This document shows positions 57,137 to 64,000 of a stretch of 64,000 nucleotides of DNA, piece by piece. The notes beneath the pieces were generated by a model, which had not been told where the DNA came from, did no database searches, and saw nothing but the letters and a program-made list of their open reading frames with translations. The stretch's first letter is position 1, and every line of letters begins with the position of its first letter. Position numbers and translations under genes: made by a program. The stretch comes from a virus: the IMG/VR virus record IMGVR_UViG_3300010052_000207, positions 6,790 to 70,789 of that record, one strand, 5' to 3'.

Positions 57137-57159
57137 AAAACCCGGCGTACTCGCCGGGT
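57137..57159 (-). terminator. Intrinsic terminator ending the DUF932 block
   Basis: ACCCGGCG/CGCCGGGT stem with U-tract on the minus strand. Confidence 0.6.
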
Positions 57160-57172
57160 CGCGTTTCCGGGT

Positions 57173-57716
57173 TCAGTCGCCGCAGGCGAACGGATTCGCG
57201 TAGCTGGGCGGCTCAGTCTTCAGGTCGACCAGTTCGGCCTCGTCCTCGTCGATGCGGACGTACCCGGCGAGCCGCAGGCCGCACCAGACGGCGAACCAGC
57301 CGGGCCCCGGGTTGCCCGCCTTGAACCGCCGGAACGCATCCTGAAGGGTCAGGGACTCGATGGTGAGGTCGGTCAAGCCGCCGTCGGAGTTCGGAGTAAT
57401 GAACCGGAAGGGCATGGGACGCTCCTAATACGAAGGTGTCGCTTCAGTTATCGCTCGGGGACCGCGGCCAGGTCGCAGGCAGAATGGGGGGCGGAACCGG
57501 CAGCCAGTACAGGTCAACCTTGCCGGTGTCGAGCATCAGGCCCTCGTAGACGTGGGCGACAAGTCCGTACTCGTGCCAGACGGCGTAGGAACAGCACAGG
57601 CCCGGTTCCCAGTGTTCCGCCTTGAGGGCCTCTATCGCGGCGGGAAGGTTTGACGCCTCGATCTCGTGGTCTTCAAGCCTTCCTTCGCAGTTGGGGCCGA
57701 CGAAGCGCCAGAGCAT
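57173..57716 (-). other. Two small hypothetical genes (57173-57415, 57444-57716)
   Basis: Similar size and composition, downstream of DUF932. Confidence 0.55.
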
Positions 57717-57766
57717 GGGCGGGGTCCTGGGTGAGAGAAGGAAATGGGCCTCCATGCCCCGGGTGA

Positions 57767-58555
57767 TCAGTTCCGGCTGAACGCCTCGGCCAACGTCCAC
57801 AGCCCCTTGTGGATGCGAATGTCCGCTTCGATCTGCTTGACGGGCCGGGTGCGAATCCTCCGACCCCTGCCGTTGATGCCCTGTACCCCGCCTCGGATAA
57901 GGCTCTCTTCGAGCACGTTCGTTGTGGTCCAGAGGTCGCGGTTCCCGTCTCCGTCCGTATAGTCAGCCTCCCGCCTTGCCGTCAGCAGGAAGGCGGCTTT
58001 CACCGCCGGGTTGGGCTTCAGGTCCATCGCCCGGTGGGCCATTTCGAGTTGCTCGGGGCGGGTCATGATGAGGCTCTTCCAGGCCTCGACCGTGTCCAGG
58101 GCCTTCACGGAATCGGACACCACGGAATAGGTGGCGTCGATGATCCGCTTGCCCAAGTCGTCGCCTGAGTGCCGGACGCTGATGCCGCCGAGTTCTCCGG
58201 TCGGGCAGACCAACCCGTTCAGGCAGGCAACGCGCCATAGGCCCACGTTCAGGCGGTAGGCGGAGGTCCCGTCGAAGGAGTTGGTCAGGACCACCTCGGG
58301 GATCTCGGTCGCCATGCCGGCGTCGATGTCCTCGGACCGTCGGAAGCGAATCAGGTGCTTGACGTATTTCCGCTTGTCGAGCTGGCGGCAACGCGACTGC
58401 CGGGCCCGGACGGGGAAGAGGCCGATGCCTTCGAGGAGGTCCACCACGTCGGCGGTTGCGGCCACGCGGTAGCGATCGGTCATCGTGTGGTAGGGGCTTC
58501 GGGTGAAGATGGAGGGCGCCACGTCTCGAAGGTCGTCGCGGGTCATGATCTGCAT
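57767..58555 (-). CDS. DUF932-family protein (plasmid/ICE-associated)
   Basis: APSIF..YVKHLIRFR..PEVVLTNSFDGTSAY..GLWRVACLNGLV..DLWTTTNVLEESL. Confidence 0.9.
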   Translation of the reverse strand: MQIMTRDDLRDVAPSIFTRSPYHTMTDRYRVAATADVVDLLEGIGLFPVRARQSRCRQLDKRKYVKHLIRFRRSEDIDAGMATEIPEVVLTNSFDGTSAYRLNVGLWRVACLNGLVCPTGELGGISVRHSGDDLGKRIIDATYSVVSDSVKALDTVEAWKSLIMTRPEQLEMAHRAMDLKPNPAVKAAFLLTARREADYTDGDGNRDLWTTTNVLEESLIRGGVQGINGRGRRIRTRPVKQIEADIRIHKGLWTLAEAFSRN

Positions 58556-58863
58556 GGGGTCGTTCCTCGTCTGAAGTTAAAGAGGGCAGCGATGTCGCCT
58601 GCATGGCGGTCATTCGCTGGACGAAGGCAAGTCCCCATAGAATTTTGGCGGCGCGGTCACCCGTAATCGGGCCTGAGGCTCAAGTGCAGACTGCACACGG
58701 GAGGAACGACCACGGAAGTCGGCGCGCCAGCGGCCTTGACAAGCCGCCGCGTTGACAGCCCGGTGGGTCCGGATTCACGTCAGGGACAGCGAGGGCGCCA
58801 GGTCGCTTGCGACGGAAGCGAAGCGGACCCCGGAATGGCCCGCCCGGACGCCTAAGAAACCGC

Positions 58864-58891
58864 TTGCGCGAATCTGAAGAACTGCTACGGT
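58864..58891 (+). promoter_or_regulatory. Promoter TTGCGC-N16-TACGGT
   Basis: Upstream of the plus-strand 59-60.7 kb operon; spacer one base short. Confidence 0.4.
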
Positions 58892-59006
58892 CGCCTAATG
58901 CCGACGTTCACGATCCCCCATTCACAGCCATTCCACGTAGCAGATGCCCGAGCGTCGGCAAAACCTTGTCGCGTCTGCTACGTCGAGCGGCTGGAAGTGA
59001 GGTGAA

Positions 59007-59615
59007 GTGAGTAAATACCGGTTCAATGACGACATGCAGGAAATCAGCGGCTTCGGAGGAAATTACGAGGCGTGTTGCCGCCGGATGCTCGCCGCCGCCC
59101 TCGAATGGCTTGATGCCAATCCCCAAGCCGATCCCCAATTCAGCGGCTACAAGAACATCTATGGCGTAATCAACGAGGACAATGAGGACGCGAAGGCATT
59201 GTCCAGAGCTGCTCTTGATGGGGCAGGCGAATACGGTCCGTCAGGTGCTCAACACCAGGCCGTTATCACCACCGCCCTTTGGATCAAGGCAAATGGCTGG
59301 TGGCCGGCATACGTCAAACAGATGACCCATCCAGAAGGCCAAGTTGGCATCCTGAAAGACAAGCTGGCCAGGGCCAAGGAAGATCTTGAGGGCGCCCGGA
59401 TGCGATGTGAAGAGCTCATGGAGGAGAACCTCAAACGCGGCACCATCATCGCCGAGAAGGTGCTCGGCTGGCAGCGATATAAGGTCGAAAACGGCATGCA
59501 GATGGCCTATGCGCCGAGCAAGGAAGCGCTTGAGCGCATTATCTGCGGTGATTCGTTATTCAAGCTGGTCGACGAAGCGATCCAGCAACTGAGCCCGACC
59601 CGCGAGGCGGCATGA
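59007..59615 (+). CDS. Hypothetical phage protein
   Basis: RBS GAGGTG; ends REAA with ATGA overlap. Confidence 0.7.
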   Translation: MSKYRFNDDMQEISGFGGNYEACCRRMLAAALEWLDANPQADPQFSGYKNIYGVINEDNEDAKALSRAALDGAGEYGPSGAQHQAVITTALWIKANGWWPAYVKQMTHPEGQVGILKDKLARAKEDLEGARMRCEELMEENLKRGTIIAEKVLGWQRYKVENGMQMAYAPSKEALERIICGDSLFKLVDEAIQQLSPTREAA

Positions 59616-60046
59616 CCACCAACCCCGGCGCAAGCCCCAAATCACCCCGCTATTTCTACCGAAACGCTCATCACGCCCTGTCGATGATGATCGACCACGA
59701 CATGAAATTCTTGGTTGAGCACTACGCCACCAAGGAGCTATTGCAGGCGAATGTCGAATGGCTGGCGATGCACATTTTCGGCAAGCTCAGCGGTAAACCG
59801 GTTCAACCCGTCCGTCTCTTCGTCCACCCCGACAGCTTGCACCTGCTGGAGCCGCAGGTTGGAGATGTTTGCGTGCTGGGCAGCGGCTGCGTCGCCACAT
59901 ATGTCCAGAAGCAAAATTCCGCCTTGCTTGGGGTTATCGGTTTTTCGGGCCTACCTCACTACGGCAACGCCGATTCAAATCCGATTGCTGGCATCATCCA
60001 GCGCAACGGCATCGCCTTCCACTGGCCCGAGAGCGAGGCAGCATGA
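59612..60046 (+). CDS. Hypothetical phage protein
   Basis: ATGA overlaps on both sides. Confidence 0.65.
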   Translation: MTTNPGASPKSPRYFYRNAHHALSMMIDHDMKFLVEHYATKELLQANVEWLAMHIFGKLSGKPVQPVRLFVHPDSLHLLEPQVGDVCVLGSGCVATYVQKQNSALLGVIGFSGLPHYGNADSNPIAGIIQRNGIAFHWPESEAA

Positions 60047-60438
60047 CCGTGCCGGACAAAACCATCAGTGAGCAACGCCGCCCCCACTATCTTGGGCAAA
60101 CGAATTTCTACAACCTCAACGCCGCTTGCCGGACTGTGCTGAGTGCCTTTCCTTTCGGGTATGGGGTGTTCTTGGTCGGGTCAGCGCTTCGCACCAAGGA
60201 TTATCGAGATGTTGATGTTCGCGTGATAATTCCGGACGAGAAATTCGACACGCTGTTCCCCGATTACAAGCCGAACAACCCGGATACTTTCTGGCATTTC
60301 ACATGCACCGCGATGTCCGAATGGCTGCAAGCCAGAACTGGATTGCCGATAGATTTCCAAGTTCAAAAGGCAGGCGATGCGAACCGTGATTTCCCTGCGG
60401 AAAGCAATCCTCGAAATGCTGTGGGTCGGATTCTATGA
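60043..60438 (+). CDS. Minimal nucleotidyltransferase (Pol-beta superfamily)
   Basis: VFLVGSALRTKDYRDVDVRVI fits hG[GS]-x(n)-DhDh; third acidic residue in PIDFQV. Confidence 0.75.
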   Translation: MTVPDKTISEQRRPHYLGQTNFYNLNAACRTVLSAFPFGYGVFLVGSALRTKDYRDVDVRVIIPDEKFDTLFPDYKPNNPDTFWHFTCTAMSEWLQARTGLPIDFQVQKAGDANRDFPAESNPRNAVGRIL

Positions 60439-60749
60439 GCGACCTCGCCCAAGTCGCCCTCGACTTCTGCCGCGAATGCCTCGGATGGGCAGACGTTCCG
60501 GCATACGACATTACTGACGGCGTGGCCTTCAAGTTCAACGACCTCAACGCCGTGATGGCGGCGGCACGCTCTTGGATGCCCGGCAAATCAGGCTCCGTCA
60601 GCTTACATTGTTTCGATGGTGAACTGTTCGTGGCGGTGGTGCTTTCGGATCGCGAGTCAGGGGTGCGTTCTGAGCCTCTAGTCGACCCCTGCCACGCCCT
60701 TATGGCCGCCTGCGTCGAAGCCGCCCGTAAGCTCAGGGCAACCGCCTAA
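60435..60749 (+). CDS. Hypothetical protein
   Basis: ATGA overlap; clean ORF. Confidence 0.65.
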   Translation: MSDLAQVALDFCRECLGWADVPAYDITDGVAFKFNDLNAVMAAARSWMPGKSGSVSLHCFDGELFVAVVLSDRESGVRSEPLVDPCHALMAACVEAARKLRATA

Positions 60750-61096
60750 AACGGCAGATCCACCTCCGCCTCAACCTTCCGCCGCGACGCCTTCACGCGG
60801 TCTCGCCAGTTCGATGGTTCCTCGAACGTCGGATCATCGTCCGGGCTGAGTAGAACGGGCATCTCGATGCAGGTTTCCTCGCCGGTTGCGAGCTTCTCGG
60901 ACACGAGGCTGTCGATCTTCCGCTCGGCGGCCTGCAGGTGCAGCCAGTCCTTCGCTGATTGGGCATCACCGCCGAAATAGCGGTTCACCAGCGACTGGAA
61001 GCCTTTGCGTCCGATCTCGGCCATGTGCTTCGGCCCGTAGCGTCGGAAGGTTTCGGAGCCTCCTTTGCTCCCTGCGGTGCGGTGGTCCTGGGGCAT
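60746..61096 (-). CDS. KGG-motif-like small protein
   Basis: AGSKGG..MAEIGRKG. Confidence 0.6.
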   Translation of the reverse strand: MPQDHRTAGSKGGSETFRRYGPKHMAEIGRKGFQSLVNRYFGGDAQSAKDWLHLQAAERKIDSLVSEKLATGEETCIEMPVLLSPDDDPTFEEPSNWRDRVKASRRKVEAEVDLPF

Positions 61097-61105
61097 CCGG
61101 CGGGG

Positions 61106-61659
61106 CTATTCGATCTCGCGCTGCTTCACCTTGCTCAGGTTCGCAACGTTCACACGCTCGGGGATCTCCGGGTTCTCCCAATTGATCGTGGCGATTTTCA
61201 GGCTGCCGAGGTCCTTGATCGCGGTGACGGTCCCCTTGGCACGGGGGAGGTCGCCCGTGTGGGTGCCGGTGGATTGGAGCCAGGCTCGGGAGTAGCGGAC
61301 ATGGTCGCCTACCTCGATGGCTTTGACGCGGTTGCCCCAGGTCATGCTCCGGGCTTTCTCAGCTCGCCGCTCGCCAGCCTCGCGAGCGTATCGCGGGCCA
61401 TCTTCACGATCGCCCGATGAGCGGGGGCCAGATCGCTTCCGTCATGTAGGGCCATGAATGCCATTACCCTCTCCAAACCATCCCGCTCCCTGGTGACGCG
61501 GGTCAGTTCATTCTGCAACATTGCCAGCTCGGTGATCTTCTCCGAGCAGTAGCGGTCAATTGGCTCGGGCGTCCTCGGCTTCGCGGCGGCCCCGGCCGGA
61601 TCTCCTACGCCGTGGACGATCGGCTCCCCGCTCGGCACGAAAGAGTGCTTGCCGCTCAC
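61106..61659 (-). other. Two small hypothetical genes (61106-61345, 61342-61659)
   Basis: Chained overlaps. Confidence 0.55.
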
Positions 61660-62195
61660 CGGCCGAGCCCTTCCCGTTCCCGTGCCAGATCAGCGGCAAC
61701 GCGTTTCGCGTCCACCAAGTTGGCGCCGGGGCTCTCGGGGTCGTAGCGTTCCCACTGACGGCGTGCCGTCTTGTAGACGAAATTCTTACCCGACTCGCCG
61801 ACGGCTTCGAGGATGTCCTTCTCAGCACGGGTCGGCAGGCGGTCTTCGGCGAACTGAAGGGCGGAGACCTTCCTGTCGAGCGACCGATTGACCTTGATCC
61901 CGGCGGCCGGGAAGCTGTCGACGTTTACGAAGCCATCGGGGATGGGGCCGAAGGCGGATTTGCTGGCTTTTACCGCCTCGGCGAAGCTGGCCGGCAAGCC
62001 CTCGGGTTTGGCCTTGGCCTCGTGGTCGGCGATGATCGCCGCGATCGGTGATTGCTCGATGACGGCGGCGACGGGGGTCGGCTCGCGGCTCTCGATGGTT
62101 TCCTTGGCGGCTGACCGACGACGTTTGGGCTTCGGCTCCAACGGTGCGGCTTCGAGTGACGCGATTGCGGCGGGGGTTTTCTTCTGGCGGGACAT
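61656..62195 (-). CDS. Hypothetical plasmid-type protein
   Basis: RBS GGGAGA before MSRQKK. Confidence 0.65.
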   Translation of the reverse strand: MSRQKKTPAAIASLEAAPLEPKPKRRRSAAKETIESREPTPVAAVIEQSPIAAIIADHEAKAKPEGLPASFAEAVKASKSAFGPIPDGFVNVDSFPAAGIKVNRSLDRKVSALQFAEDRLPTRAEKDILEAVGESGKNFVYKTARRQWERYDPESPGANLVDAKRVAADLAREREGLGR

Positions 62196-62208
62196 CGGCC
62201 GGTCTCCC

Positions 62209-62553
62209 TTAAGCGAGAGCCGCGACGATTGCCTTGAACAACGCGTCCTTTTTCTGCTGCTCGACCGGAAGTTCCTCGTAAGGGACACAGCAAGGATGCG
62301 TTTTCTTCTCCGGGTCTTTCACCTCGCCATAAACCCAGCCATCGGCCAGCTTGTCCTTGAGCCACGCTTCGTGCTGCGCTGATGCAGGTGCCTCGGGATT
62401 TGCGAGTACGTATTCAGCTCCCTTTATGGCGCTTGCACGCTGCCATTCCGCCGCTTGATCCCACGGAAGTTGGCTGTCGTCGCCGATGCCCTGGCAGTAG
62501 GCCTTATTCGCTTCGTGGCAGACTTTTGCGATCGATTCGATAGAGTATTCCAT
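62209..62553 (-). CDS. RyR-domain phage protein
   Basis: HEAWLKDKLADGWVYGEVKDPEKKTHPCCVPYEELP..QQKKD; RBS AAGGAGG. Confidence 0.85.
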   Translation of the reverse strand: MEYSIESIAKVCHEANKAYCQGIGDDSQLPWDQAAEWQRASAIKGAEYVLANPEAPASAQHEAWLKDKLADGWVYGEVKDPEKKTHPCCVPYEELPVEQQKKDALFKAIVAALA

Positions 62554-62581
62554 GGTGCCTCCTTGCTGTTTCGGCAGGAGG

Positions 62582-63043
62582 CTAGCCCGGCGATTTCCTA
62601 TTGTCAACTTTCAACGCACGGATCGCCTTCTCGGCCAGCGGCTTCTTCTCGATGCCGGACTTGGCGTAGCGACACAGCGTCCGGTAGGGGATGCCGGTAT
62701 CGCGGCTCATCTGGGCGAGGAAACGAGAGGTGCCGTAGAAGGCGAGGCCTATGGCGTGAATTTCAGCGGACGTCATGCGGAGGTTTCGATCAGCGATTCT
62801 GAAGAATTCATCGTTTTACTAACTCATCAGGGTTAAGTGCAAAGCGTTTGCAAAGCTGCTTGGCATAGGTAGAGCCAAGGCCGAAACATTGCATTACGGC
62901 AATCCATCGCTCATGCTTTTGACCCTTGCGATAATCACCCCTGGCGGAAAGCACCGCTCTGCGCAGAAGCGTAAAATCATCAACGTCTGCAACTGTTCCG
63001 GTAAGCGGGAGAAGCGTGCTCGTGGCAGTATCTGGTTTTTTCA
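62582..63043 (-). other. Two small hypothetical genes (62582-62776 HTH-like, 62808-63043)
   Basis: Clean short ORFs in operon orientation. Confidence 0.55.
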
Positions 63044-63045
63044 TT

Positions 63046-63735
63046 TTACCATCCATTTCTATCGACGTATATTTGCACCTGTTTTCTGATTTCATTATGC
63101 TCTGGCCTGCGCGTGAAAGAGCATCGCAGGAACAACCTCCAGCCCGGGGTTTTGGTCGGTGTCGCACGGTGAATGGCGTTTTGGTTAAAGTGGATGACTT
63201 CGCGGTTTTTGATGAACCGCGTTTTGCAATCCGGCATGTCGTTCACCGCCTTATCAAGGCTGTGCCACACATCGCACCGATCTAATTCGACGGTAAGCGG
63301 CTGGGTAACGAACTGAGTACAAGAATTGCCGTCCTCAGATTCTCCGACAATCGCCATATAGTGCGTAACGCTGTCATCGGCATCTTCCGGGTTCGGTTGG
63401 GCGTACCTCTCCGACCTGTTGAAGTCGTCACAATGCCAGCCAGGAAGTGAGGGATAGGCACCCGGCATCGTCATAGTCACGCGGCTGTCGATCACAATGT
63501 TTAGACCCTTGGCTTCATGAGTGCGAAATTGCTCATCGAAAATGGGGTTTCCTGATAATACGCGCATAAATTCTTTGAGAATCGCACCGCCGTAGCCGTG
63601 GGCGTAATCCCAGCAAGCGCCGAACAGCATTGTTTCGTCGCGGATTTCTTTTAACGAACGTGGCTGTAGCTCTCCCACGGTATAAATATTCGGGGTGAAT
63701 GTGTGCGATATACCATCTATAAACCCGTTGCTCAT
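63046..63735 (-). CDS. 2OG-Fe(II) dioxygenase-like protein
   Basis: PGWHCD (HxD), distal AIHRA histidine, WRLFLR arginine; ATGA overlap start. Confidence 0.72.
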   Translation of the reverse strand: MSNGFIDGISHTFTPNIYTVGELQPRSLKEIRDETMLFGACWDYAHGYGGAILKEFMRVLSGNPIFDEQFRTHEAKGLNIVIDSRVTMTMPGAYPSLPGWHCDDFNRSERYAQPNPEDADDSVTHYMAIVGESEDGNSCTQFVTQPLTVELDRCDVWHSLDKAVNDMPDCKTRFIKNREVIHFNQNAIHRATPTKTPGWRLFLRCSFTRRPEHNEIRKQVQIYVDRNGW

Positions 63736-63908
63736 AACCAGCAACTTGGAATAGATACATAATGGCGACTATCGGTAGCCGTTGCGATTGCTGCCTTTTG
63801 ATTGGCCAGACATGCGGCATTGCTATCGGCCACTATGTTCTGCCAGCGTATAATCAGACCGCCAAGAATCACAGCAACTAAAATTATTCCCAGAAATTTT
63901 TCCCTCAT
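63732..63908 (-). CDS. 58-aa protein with N-terminal TM/signal
   Basis: RBS GGAGAG; MREKFLGIILVAVILGGLIIRW. Confidence 0.6.
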   Translation of the reverse strand: MREKFLGIILVAVILGGLIIRWQNIVADSNAACLANQKAAIATATDSRHYVSIPSCWL

Positions 63909-63945
63909 AACTCTCCTGTGCCGTTAATGCATTACTTCACCTCGC

Positions 63946-63976
63946 CTGACATTAGGCCAAATGGCCATATAGTCAA
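63946..63976. promoter_or_regulatory. Overlapping divergent promoters around GGCCA-AA-TGGCC palindrome
   Basis: Minus TTGACT-N16-TAATGT; plus CTGACA-N16-TATAGT. Confidence 0.45.
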
Positions 63977-64000
63977 GAAGTTTGTTTGTGCGAATAGGGC

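Noticed and set aside
43800-60046. Recurrent GCGGCATGA / GCCGCATGA at gene junctions as a recombination repeat
   Set aside because: Explained by Ala-Ala-stop with ATGA translational coupling, common in phage early operons; no longer shared core seen

Overview
The window is most of one ~64 kb tailed dsDNA (siphovirus-type) phage genome. The minus-strand late operon runs 28.8 kb to 0.7 kb: terS, terL, portal, minor head protein, HK97 protease and capsid, head-tail joining, an unusual ~7 kb neck insert, tail tube, chaperones, tape measure, tail tip, fibre, holin candidate, SAR endolysin and Rz/Rz1 spanins. A primase-helicase with an adjacent iteron/AT-rich origin candidate and a recombination module (AAA ATPase, DUF669, Cas4-like nuclease, SF2 helicase, VRR-NUC) occupy 29.5-37.4 kb. 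The remainder is a dense accessory region. Four things stand out. (1) A plus-strand structured-RNA operon at 76-699: a tRNA-like RNA with an expanded anticodon arm, a 50-aa ORF, a GNRA-rich RNA and a T-stem-mismatched tRNA-Gly. (2) Two tandem adaptor-plus-enzyme cassettes in the neck region (SGNH hydrolase; G8/beta-helix/cadherin protein). (3) An intact MobF relaxase-helicase module with plasmid-type genes interleaved among phage early genes. (4) Solo enzymes of possible counter-defence or DNA-modifying function: two methyltransferases, a metallophosphoesterase, a minimal nucleotidyltransferase and a 2OG-Fe(II) oxygenase. No integrase, repressor, reverse transcriptase, CRISPR array or T4SS/coupling protein was recognised. 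All family assignments come from motif reading and recall, not database searches. Several start codons were re-chosen from RBS and stop/start overlap evidence.
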